From positions 8,478 through 72,477 of the forward strand of contig DATGSX010000159.1 in assembly GCA_035302145.1 (NCBI GenBank): 64,000 nt of DNA. Reading direction: 5' to 3'. Source of the stretch: Flavobacteriaceae bacterium. Lineage in GTDB: Bacteria; Bacteroidota; Bacteroidia; Flavobacteriales; Flavobacteriaceae. Position 1 is the stretch's first letter; the number at the start of each line of letters is the position of its first letter. The position numbers were made by a program, and so were the translations under genes. Shown in pieces: positions 1-7,898 of this stretch. Under the pieces are notes generated by a model. It made no database searches. It worked only from the letters and a program-made list of their open reading frames with translations, and was not told the DNA's origin.

Positions 1-1176
1 ATAGTTATCAAAGTGAAGTGGTTTAGCCAATTGTATTGTTGCCCAACCTAAATTATTTAACTGTAACTCATTTGTTTCTTGCTCTTTGCCCATTCTATCT
101 GTGTCTATTTTCGAGTCAATGGATTTTATTTTAGATTTAACCGATTTAACTCCGTATTGAAATTGATAAATGGTGGATGAAATTAATGGGGTTGAATCCA
201 TCCAACAAATAATAGCTTTGATTTCTTTGGCTTCGTGAGGAAGTTGGTTTTCTTTTACAATTAAATCTCCTCGAGAAACATTGATATCATCTTCTAACGT
301 TATAGTAATCGACGATCCGATGCTTGCTTTCGTATATTTTTTATCATAAAATTCAATGGTCTTAATCGTTGACTTCATTTTTGATGGAAGTACGACAACC
401 TTATCTCCAACGCTTAACTCGCCACCTTTAAGCTTGCCAGCATAGCCTCTAAAGTCATGGAAGTTTTCAGTTTTTGGGCGAATAACAGTTTGAACTTGAA
501 AACGAGCTTGGGTGTTTTGGTGGATGTCTTCAAATTGAATGTTTTCTAGATGTTGCATTAGTGTTTTACCTGAATACCAAGAAAGGTTTTCTGAAGAGGC
601 CACTACGTTATCACCATGCAGCGCACTGATGGGGATGAAGGTAATTAGTTGTTCTTTGTATGAGCCTGCTTGGGCAAGTTTTTTAAAATCTTCTACAATA
701 GCATTAAACCTAGTTTCTTTATAATCGACTAAATCCATTTTATTAACAGCTACAATCAATTCATTGATTCTAAGCAGGTTATTGATAAAAAAATGTCGCT
801 TTGTTTGTTCCACCACTCCTTTTCTTGCATCGATTAGAATTACCGCTATATCGGAACTAGAAGCTCCAGTTATCATATTTCTTGTATATTCTTTATGACC
901 TGGTGTGTCGGCAATTATGTAGGATCGATTTGGAGTAGAGAAGTAAATATGGGCCACATCTATGGTAATTCCTTGTTCTCGTTCGGCCACCAATCCATCA
1001 GTAGCTAATGCAAGGTCTAAGTAATCATATCCTTTTTGTTCACTGTTTTTTTTGATAGCCTCGAGTGCATCTCTTTTTAAAGACTTGGTATCGTACAAAA
1101 TACGGCCAATCAAAGTGGATTTTCCATCGTCTACACTTCCCGCGGTACTTATTTTTAATACTTTATTTTTTTTCAT
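1..1176 (-). CDS. cysN: Sulfate adenylyltransferase subunit 1 (CysN, GTPase), C-terminus runs off the window start
   Basis: Minus-strand frame is open from the ATG at 1176-1174 to position 1 (first 120 nt checked by hand). N-terminus reads MKKNKVLKISTAGSVDDGKSTLIGRILYDTKSL (G1 P-loop). Lies directly downstream of cysD. Missing from the ORF track because it has no stop inside the window. Confidence 0.85.
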   Translation of the reverse strand, partial: MKKNKVLKISTAGSVDDGKSTLIGRILYDTKSLKRDALEAIKKNSEQKGYDYLDLALATDGLVAEREQGITIDVAHIYFSTPNRSYIIADTPGHKEYTRNMITGASSSDIAVILIDARKGVVEQTKRHFFINNLLRINELIVAVNKMDLVDYKETRFNAIVEDFKKLAQAGSYKEQLITFIPISALHGDNVVASSENLSWYSGKTLMQHLENIQFEDIHQNTQARFQVQTVIRPKTENFHDFRGYAGKLKGGELSVGDKVVVLPSKMKSTIKTIEFYDKKYTKASIGSSITITLEDDINVSRGDLIVKENQLPHEAKEIKAIICWMDSTPLISSTIYQFQYGVKSVKSKIKSIDSKIDTDRMGKEQETNELQLNNLGWATIQLAKPLHFDNY

Positions 1177-1242
1177 TGGTTAGTAAGTATATCAATATTT
1201 TATAATACTGTTTTGTGCTTTAGCAAACTGTTTTTAAATCAA

Positions 1243-2172
1243 TTAAAAGTAACCTTCTTGTTTCCGAGTTTCCATGGCAGCTTCCGATCGCATGTCGTCT
1301 ATTCTTGCACCTCGTTCCGACAAATCAGATTGTCTGATTTCTTTTACAACTTCTTCAATACTAAATGCAAGTGATTCCACTGCAGCGGTACAACTCATAT
1401 CACCTACTGTTCTGAATCGGACAGTTTTTTCGGTTACGATTTCATCTTTTTCACGATAAACCACATCATCATTAGCTGTCCAAATCAAGCCGTCTCGTTC
1501 AAATACGTTTCTTTTATGAGCGAAATAAATAGAGGGAATTTCAATTTCTTCATTTTGTATATAGGTCCAAACATCCAATTCCGTCCAATTTGAAATAGGA
1601 AATACACGAACATTTTGACCGTAAGCTATTCGACCGTTCAACATATCAAAAACTTCTGGGCGTTGGTTTTTTTCATCCCATTGTCCGAAATCATCTCTAA
1701 CCGAAAAAATACGTTCTTTGGCTCTTGCTTTTTCTTCATCTCTTCTTGCACCGCCAATACATGCATCAAATCCATGCTCCTCAATGGCTTGTAATAAGGT
1801 TTGTGTTTGCAATTGATTTCGACTAGCATATTTTCCTTGTTCTTCCTTTACGTGGCCAGCATCTATGTTGTCTTGTACATAATGTACGTGTAATTCCAAA
1901 CCGAATTCTTTTACTAGATTATCTCTAAATGCTATGGTTTCCGGGAAGTTATGACCCGTATCTATATGCACTAAAGGAAATGGGATTTTGGCTGGATAAA
2001 ATGCTTTTTTAGCTAAATGAACTAAGGTTATAGAATCTTTACCTCCAGAGAAAAGAATCGCAGGCTTCTCAAATTGAGCAGCTACTTCTCTAAAGATATA
2101 AATGGCTTCGTCTTCTAATGGATTATTAATTACTATGTCGTTCATTTCTATGGTTTTATTGATGGATTCCAC
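1243..2172 (-). CDS. cysD: Sulfate adenylyltransferase subunit 2 (CysD)
   Basis: 309 aa with PP-loop SGGKDS and HIDTGHNFPE, typical CysD. Overlaps the cysH stop by 17 nt. Confidence 0.92.
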   Translation of the reverse strand: MESINKTIEMNDIVINNPLEDEAIYIFREVAAQFEKPAILFSGGKDSITLVHLAKKAFYPAKIPFPLVHIDTGHNFPETIAFRDNLVKEFGLELHVHYVQDNIDAGHVKEEQGKYASRNQLQTQTLLQAIEEHGFDACIGGARRDEEKARAKERIFSVRDDFGQWDEKNQRPEVFDMLNGRIAYGQNVRVFPISNWTELDVWTYIQNEEIEIPSIYFAHKRNVFERDGLIWTANDDVVYREKDEIVTEKTVRFRTVGDMSCTAAVESLAFSIEEVVKEIRQSDLSERGARIDDMRSEAAMETRKQEGYF

Positions 2173-2764
2173 ACTCTCTGTTTTCTAAAACTTTTGTTGG
2201 ATCGTAATAGTCTTTTTCGTTTGGCAAATCAAATTTTTCTAAATAAACGTCTAAATCTGCATCCGAGTAGTGGTAAAAAGGACTTACTTTAAAAATACCA
2301 TCCTTGCTTTTAGAAAGGATGTCAATCCCGTCTCTAAATGAAGTTTGACCAATCCTTATATTGGTAAACCAATAATCAGGTTGATGTTCTTGCATAGCTC
2401 TTTTAAAGGGCTCTAACTTTACTTGCTCACTAAAAAGCTTATGCGCTTCGGTGTTGACTTCAGGAATTCCCAATGTGACATTTCGGAAACCTACGCTTTG
2501 CTTAGGAACATAGATGGCTATATTAAGTTTTAATCTTTCTATCAATTCTTTAGCGTGATTGTAAGTGGCCTTGGTGTTATATCCTGTGTCACACCAAATC
2601 ACCTTTATATCAGGCTCTATCTGAGTAATCAAATGCAGAAGCGCTACTTCATATGGTCTAAAGTTTGTAGTAATTACAGGGTTTTTAGCCTGTTTTAATG
2701 CCCATTCCACAATAGCCGAAGGGCTCATGTTATTTAACTTGTTATTTGATTTATCTAATTTCAT
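2156..2764 (-). CDS. cysH: Phosphoadenosine phosphosulfate (PAPS/APS) reductase family protein
   Basis: 202 aa with the C-terminal ECGIH motif of the CysH family. Only two Cys residues and no CC...CxxC Fe-S motif. Confidence 0.85.
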   Translation of the reverse strand: MKLDKSNNKLNNMSPSAIVEWALKQAKNPVITTNFRPYEVALLHLITQIEPDIKVIWCDTGYNTKATYNHAKELIERLKLNIAIYVPKQSVGFRNVTLGIPEVNTEAHKLFSEQVKLEPFKRAMQEHQPDYWFTNIRIGQTSFRDGIDILSKSKDGIFKVSPFYHYSDADLDVYLEKFDLPNEKDYYDPTKVLENRECGIHQ

Positions 2765-2774
2765 ATTTAAAATT

Positions 2775-3038
2775 TTAATTCTTTTTTCTTCCCCATTTTA
2801 TAGAATTCCAAATTCGCTCGTGGAAATAGTATAAAACTGTTTTAGTCATTAATTCAAAAGCACCAATAGAAAATGCAAGAATCATTTTACCAGTTATCAC
2901 CCAAGAGATGACAATCGTATCTAAAGTACCTATAAAACGCCAAGAAAGCGCTTTTATAAAACTTCTTGAGTGTAGCTCGCCAGTTTTTGAAAGTGACTTT
3001 TGCTTTTTTAATCTACTATAAATCAGGTTGGTAATCAT
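2775..3038 (-). CDS. Small membrane protein, DUF2061-like; first gene of the cys operon
   Basis: 87 aa with two predicted TM helices (IGTLDTIVISWVITGKMILAFSIGAFEL). The DUF assignment is from memory of the family signature. Confidence 0.7.
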   Translation of the reverse strand: MITNLIYSRLKKQKSLSKTGELHSRSFIKALSWRFIGTLDTIVISWVITGKMILAFSIGAFELMTKTVLYYFHERIWNSIKWGRKKN

Positions 3039-3116
3039 TTAATCTATAACTCCTATGGGTTTACTAGGGATTAAAAGTATAAATTTAATATCAAACTTTA
3101 ATGAATATCTTAATTA

Positions 3117-3132
3117 AAAGTAACTTTCAATA
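3117..3132. promoter_or_regulatory. Candidate operator: AAAGTAACTTTCAATA (dyad core AAAGT-A-ACTTT), copy upstream of the DUF2061-cysHDN operon
   Basis: Exact 16-mer shared with 3749-3764. Lies 79 nt upstream of the start codon at 3038. Confidence 0.45.
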
Positions 3133-3258
3133 GTTATTTAGACTGTCTAAATATAGTCTTAAGCTGCCGGTTAAAAGATATATAAGTTTTATTGGGTAAG
3201 AAAATATGGATTTTTTCGAATTTAAATCAAAAGATTTAGGAAGGATTAAAGCGTAAAA

Positions 3259-3678
3259 TTACTTGTTTTCTAATGCCAATTGAGCCAAGGATTTATGAGA
3301 TAGTATCTCTAACACGCTATCTCTAACTTCTGACATTAGTCCATGTACACCACAGAACTTTTCATCTGGACAATCTTCACAACTCTCATAAAAGTTTAGA
3401 CTTACACACGGAATCATGGCTATAGGGCCGTCCAATATTCTAAGTATTTCGCTCATATAAATATCTTCGGCATCTTTTAAAAGATAGTAACCTCCATATT
3501 TTCCTTGTTTTGCTCCTAAGATTTTTCCTTTTCGTAAAGTGAGTAGAATGGATTCTAAAAATTTACGAGGTATGTTTTCATCCGTGGCAATTTTGGAAAT
3601 AGGGATGGGAACTTCTTCGTTATTTTTATGAATATAAAGCAGCGCTTTAATTCCATATTTAGTTTTGTTAGAAAGCAT
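3259..3678 (-). CDS. Rrf2 family transcriptional regulator (putative Fe-S/redox-sensing)
   Basis: 139 aa. N-terminal wHTH (MLSNKTKYGIKALLYI...) and the Cys cluster C-x8-C-x2-C-x5-C (CVSLNFYESCEDCPDEKFC). Confidence 0.88.
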   Translation of the reverse strand: MLSNKTKYGIKALLYIHKNNEEVPIPISKIATDENIPRKFLESILLTLRKGKILGAKQGKYGGYYLLKDAEDIYMSEILRILDGPIAMIPCVSLNFYESCEDCPDEKFCGVHGLMSEVRDSVLEILSHKSLAQLALENK

Positions 3679-3748
3679 GGTGAGTTATTTATTAGATTCT
3701 TCGTTTAGTTTTTTATCTAAGAAAATGACTAGTTGTTTTTTTTAAATG

Positions 3749-3764
3749 AAAGTAACTTTCAATA
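3749..3764. promoter_or_regulatory. Candidate operator: AAAGTAACTTTCAATA, copy upstream of the rrf2 gene
   Basis: Exact 16-mer shared with 3117-3132. Lies 71 nt upstream of the rrf2 start, directly downstream of the predicted -7 box. Confidence 0.45.
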
Positions 3765-3766
3765 AA

Positions 3767-3799
3767 CAAAGATATACAATTCACGTGTTATAGAGCAAA
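3767..3799 (-). promoter_or_regulatory. Candidate Bacteroidota-type promoter of rrf2 (TTTG-N21-TATCTTTG)
   Basis: The minus strand reads ccTTTGctctataacacgtgaattgtaTATCTTTG, matching the published -33 TTTG / -7 TAnnTTTG consensus. Confidence 0.45.
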
Positions 3800-3981
3800 G
3801 GCTATAATTTTCAACACTTGTACACTATTGAAATATCAATTAAATATCCGAAGGGATTTAAGTTGATGTTTAATCATAAAGTAACATTGACATTCATATA
3901 TAATCCAAGTGTGCAACTTTTTTAAACCAATGATATTTGAAGTATCTTTGTTATAAAACCTTATTACTTTAAAAATAGAAG

Positions 3982-4623
3982 TTGAAAGATTCATTTGTAC
4001 ATCAGGGAATGCGGAATCGTTTAGTAGAAACGCTTCGTCAAAAGGGAATTAAAAACGAATTGGTTTTAAAAGCTATTGGAAAAGTGCCTAGGCATTTATT
4101 TATGGATTCTGGGTTTTTAGAACATGCTTACGAAGATAAAGCCTTTCCAATAGGGGCCGATCAAACCATATCCCAACCCTATACCGTAGCTAGACAGACA
4201 GAGTTACTCGATGTTAAGGTAGGGGATAAGGTATTGGAAATCGGAACAGGAAGTGGCTATCAGGCAGCTGTTTTGTTAGAATTAGGGGTGGAACTGTATA
4301 CCATAGAACGTCAGAATAAACTTTTTAAAAAAGCACAACGATTTTTACCAAAGCTTGGGTATAGACCTAAAAAAATGATTTTTGGCGATGGTTATATAGG
4401 GAATGAAGAAGACGCTCCTTACGATGGTATTATTGTAACTGCTGGAGCACCATTTATTCCAAAACCTCTGCTCCGCCAATTGAATATAGACGGTAAGTTA
4501 GTAATTCCCGTAGGTGAAGGCTTGCAGACCATGACTGTTATAGAACGACAGTCAGCTAGAAAATTTGAGAAACAAGAGTTTGGAGATTTCCAATTTGTTC
4601 CAATGTTGAAGGATAAAAATTAA
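3982..4623 (+). CDS. pcm: Protein-L-isoaspartate O-methyltransferase
   Basis: 213 aa with the SAM-binding motif VLEIGTGSGYQAAVL. TTG start inferred because the N-terminus (KDSFVHQGMRNRLVETL) looks like part of the conserved Pcm N-terminus. Confidence 0.9.
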   Translation: MKDSFVHQGMRNRLVETLRQKGIKNELVLKAIGKVPRHLFMDSGFLEHAYEDKAFPIGADQTISQPYTVARQTELLDVKVGDKVLEIGTGSGYQAAVLLELGVELYTIERQNKLFKKAQRFLPKLGYRPKKMIFGDGYIGNEEDAPYDGIIVTAGAPFIPKPLLRQLNIDGKLVIPVGEGLQTMTVIERQSARKFEKQEFGDFQFVPMLKDKN

Positions 4624-4670
4624 AGTTTTCTATCTAAAAACTATTAGAGTAGTCTAGCTTTTTCTGATAT

Positions 4671-4713
4671 TATAGCATAGCACCTATGTTTAATGTTCTT
4701 GTGCTATGCTATA
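4671..4713. terminator. 13-bp perfect hairpin between convergent pcm and the DUF5686 gene (no U-tract)
   Basis: tatagcatagcac-N17-gtgctatgctata. Confidence 0.4.
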
Positions 4714-4743
4714 CTATCATTGCAAAATAAATCGTATTCAATT

Positions 4744-7173
4744 CTATAACGCTATCCCAACTCGTATACCGCTATGAGTGTCTTGATTGGTGTAAGATTG
4801 AACAAAGTCAACTCGTAAAATACGCCAATTCTTTATTCCGATTTTATCTAAACCTACATGCCACTCTATGTATGGCTTCTGGTTTTTTACTGCTAAAAAA
4901 TTTGCTCCACTTACTAATTGAAGTTTTAAGTTTCGTATTAAGGGAATTCGTCGCATGATGGCATCTCGAAAATGATGTTCGTAATGAACCGCTAAATAAG
5001 ACTGATCGGTACTGTGCTCATAATAGGGTAGAAGTTCAAAACTTTCCAGTTTATTATGTGCAATAAATGTTTGGTTTCCGGTAAAGTGTTGGAAATCGGC
5101 AAAGCTAAGTTCATCTTTCGTAACAAAAGCACCAGCATGAATTAGATAGCGTGAAACTCCTGACTGTCCCATATTAATAGACTGACTAATTTTGGTTTGT
5201 AGTTGTAGAAAATCCATTTTATTTTCACTTGCAAATGTCCCAGCTATTGCACCAATATATAGCGTAGGCCCTTTGCTATTGCTGATTATTTTACGGTTAG
5301 GATGGGTGTAATAATCCTGTGCAAACCGAATTTGAAATCCTAATTTGCTTCGTAACAAAGAATGCGTGTTAAATGGAACAGAAGTTTCGTCGTCTGGGTT
5401 TAATGGGTTGTTTGAAGTAAGCCTATCAGCATACTTTTCCCTTATCTTTGTGTTGTATAAAGGGCTACGACGCTCCCAAGCGGTTTCGGCCTGAAAGAAT
5501 AAACCATTGGTAATTTCCTGTGAGAAAGAAGCACCATATCTACCCAAGTCATAAAGTTTCATGTAATTCCTATTGTCTATAATAGTGTATGCGGAATTCA
5601 CAATAGAACTTATAGAATTACTTCGATTAAATTGACTGGTTTGTGTTCCTACAAATAAGTCTAACTTCGCATGATTTATGGCATTGAATTTTCGAGTAAT
5701 ACGTCCGGATACACGTAATCGTTCATCGGAAAATCCGTAATCGACATCGGATTTAACTATCGTATAATTGGTTTTGTCTTCACTGTGATACTTGGTAAAA
5801 CCTAAACTACTACTTAAGCTTACACCTTGCACCGTATTATATCCATTATTTGATTCTACTCCTGCGTAGTGTATTCGCCAATCTTTGAATGAGTTTCTAT
5901 ACGTATAACCTGAAAGAATTTCAAAAGGCTTAAACTTATTTGCCTTTCGGTCAATAGAATCTAAATAGGATTTTGAACTACGAACTATTTCTAGACTATC
6001 TTTTTTGCGATAATCTTCTATTTCTAATTTGGTTAAAGCAACGGGACGCCTTTCCTCCCAGAAGTCTTCGGTTTTAATAGCATCAGTAAGCATCCGCATG
6101 CGTTCTCGAGTAAATTGATGGGAAGGTTTCTCGAACTGATATTCTTTATAATGTGCAATAAATCGCCCGCCAAGATGGTGCTTTAAAATGGTTGCCTTGA
6201 AGGTTATTTCTTGAAGGCTTTTTAGCCATGCATCTTGAGTTTCGTTAAATAAGAAGGTTTGTCGGATACGATATTCATCTATAAAAGGTATTTGTAAAAC
6301 ACTCGAATCCACCGTCAAATCTACTCCATAGAACTCAGCGGAATCTTCTGTGATATAGATTGTCCCGGTCCAAACACGACTATTTGGTCTTTTGGGCTTA
6401 ACACTAATCTTATTAATCAACCGGTTGTTTTGATGAAAATCGCCTTCAAAGCGATACTCATAAAAATCTAAAGCGTTACGAGCGATTGGAGAAATGATAG
6501 GGTAACCAAGTTCAATAGTGTTCTCATAAAAGGATGTCTCTGCTTGTTCTGCACTATTAAAGCTGAATAAAAATGAACTTCCACTGACTTTACTAGCGGT
6601 TATCTCTTCAAAAAAATGATTGGGTGGTGCTACTTGGATTGTTGAAATGGTTTCTGATAAATAAGGGACGATAGTATCTTTTATATCCTCGTCCATTTCT
6701 TCCACCAGCCTTTTCTGTTGTCTTTTGAGGGAATTGGAGTCGATTTTCACATCTATCAAGCCACGAGAGTAGAAAGAAGCTGTATAGGAATTTAATCTGT
6801 TTTTATTCTCTTCTCGTTTAGCGATAGCTTTTCTGATAATAGCATAGGCCGGATCTTCGCTTCCGTCTAATTTGACTTGGGTAAGTTGAATAAATTCTGG
6901 TTCTAGTTGGACTTTCCATTCATTTTTTTCGTCCACTAAGAATTCTTGGCTTTTATATCCTAGGTATTGAAAAACTAGAATGCCACCTGGCTGTTGTTTT
7001 ATTTGGAAGTGACCTTCTTTGTTTGTGGTTACCCCGTGTGTAGTGTTTTTGTAATAAACGGATACACCTTCAAGATTGTTTTTATGCTCATCTATTACAT
7101 ATCCGTGAATAAAATTTTGTGCTTGAAGATAGGTAGTGCTTAAAAGCAATAAAAAGAGTAACCATTTTTTCAT
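4744..7173 (-). CDS. Carboxypeptidase-regulatory-like domain / DUF5686-type outer-membrane protein
   Basis: 809 aa. Signal peptide, then a CarboxypepD_reg-like N-terminus (GYVIDEHKNNLEGVSVYYKNTTHGVTTNKEGHFQI). Size and architecture are typical of this Bacteroidota family. Confidence 0.8.
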   Translation of the reverse strand: MKKWLLFLLLLSTTYLQAQNFIHGYVIDEHKNNLEGVSVYYKNTTHGVTTNKEGHFQIKQQPGGILVFQYLGYKSQEFLVDEKNEWKVQLEPEFIQLTQVKLDGSEDPAYAIIRKAIAKREENKNRLNSYTASFYSRGLIDVKIDSNSLKRQQKRLVEEMDEDIKDTIVPYLSETISTIQVAPPNHFFEEITASKVSGSSFLFSFNSAEQAETSFYENTIELGYPIISPIARNALDFYEYRFEGDFHQNNRLINKISVKPKRPNSRVWTGTIYITEDSAEFYGVDLTVDSSVLQIPFIDEYRIRQTFLFNETQDAWLKSLQEITFKATILKHHLGGRFIAHYKEYQFEKPSHQFTRERMRMLTDAIKTEDFWEERRPVALTKLEIEDYRKKDSLEIVRSSKSYLDSIDRKANKFKPFEILSGYTYRNSFKDWRIHYAGVESNNGYNTVQGVSLSSSLGFTKYHSEDKTNYTIVKSDVDYGFSDERLRVSGRITRKFNAINHAKLDLFVGTQTSQFNRSNSISSIVNSAYTIIDNRNYMKLYDLGRYGASFSQEITNGLFFQAETAWERRSPLYNTKIREKYADRLTSNNPLNPDDETSVPFNTHSLLRSKLGFQIRFAQDYYTHPNRKIISNSKGPTLYIGAIAGTFASENKMDFLQLQTKISQSINMGQSGVSRYLIHAGAFVTKDELSFADFQHFTGNQTFIAHNKLESFELLPYYEHSTDQSYLAVHYEHHFRDAIMRRIPLIRNLKLQLVSGANFLAVKNQKPYIEWHVGLDKIGIKNWRILRVDFVQSYTNQDTHSGIRVGIAL

Positions 7174-7245
7174 AGATAGCAGGATTTATATAATATTAAT
7201 TCATAAAGATTTTCGTTACCTTACTAATATAGACGACTAAAAATT

Positions 7246-7272
7246 AAAAAAGGTTGCCTAAGCAACCTTTTT
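7246..7272. terminator. Bidirectional-looking intrinsic terminator downstream of smpB
   Basis: aaaaaaggttgc-ctaa-gcaaccttttt, with an A-run and a T-run flanking the stem. Confidence 0.7.
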
Positions 7273-7289
7273 ATGAATATTTATTGAGT

Positions 7290-7757
7290 TTATCTATTAA
7301 AAGACTTCTTTATTCGTCGCATGTCGCGTTCAGCTTCTCTAGCACGTAAACTCTCTCGTTTATCATGTAATCTCTTTCCACGAGCTAATGCAATTTCCAT
7401 TTTTGCTAATCCTCTGTTATTGGTAAATAATCGGAGAGGAATAATTGTAAAACCAACATTCCTAACATCTTTTTCTAGTCTGCGCAGCTCGTTTTTGTTT
7501 AGCAATAATTTTCTTGCTTCCCTAGGATTGTGAGAGTAGGACGTTGCGTGAGAGTATTGTTGTATGGACATATTAATAACAAACAATTCGCCTCTAGAAT
7601 TAAACTCACAGAAGCTTTCACCAATGGATGCTTTTCCTTCACGAATAGCTTTTATCTCTGTACCTTTTAAAACAATTCCAGCGACATACGTATCGATTAT
7701 CTCGTACTCAAAACGTGCTTTTCTATTTCTTATGTTTACATTCTTTTGCAATGCCAT
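7290..7757 (-). CDS. smpB: SsrA-binding protein SmpB
   Basis: 155 aa; NRKARFEYEI...GTEIKAIREGKASI is typical SmpB. Confidence 0.93.
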   Translation of the reverse strand: MALQKNVNIRNRKARFEYEIIDTYVAGIVLKGTEIKAIREGKASIGESFCEFNSRGELFVINMSIQQYSHATSYSHNPREARKLLLNKNELRRLEKDVRNVGFTIIPLRLFTNNRGLAKMEIALARGKRLHDKRESLRAREAERDMRRIKKSFNR

Positions 7758-7898
7758 ATATGGTTGTATTGTGTTTTAAAAAATCAGTTAAGAATATATA
7801 TAAAATATTTAATGAATGCCTGTTGTTTGTTTATCACAAAGGGCATGCGTTGTTATTATTCTATTTTAAAAGCTTTTAATAGTACGTTAGTATTTATT

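Noticed and set aside
539-724. A 61-aa plus-strand ORF, and similar short ORFs at 1274-1459 and 1638-1829.
   Set aside because: They lie inside cysN and cysD, either on the opposite strand or out of frame on the coding strand. They are overlapping shadow ORFs.
7758-7898. Searches for an FMN riboswitch near ribBA and for a SAM or other sulfur riboswitch in 3039-3258 upstream of the cys operon.
   Set aside because: The ribBA start abuts the upstream gene, leaving no leader. The region 7758-7898 is downstream of ribBA. I could not recognise any conserved riboswitch core sequence in either region, although a covariance-model scan would be the decisive test.
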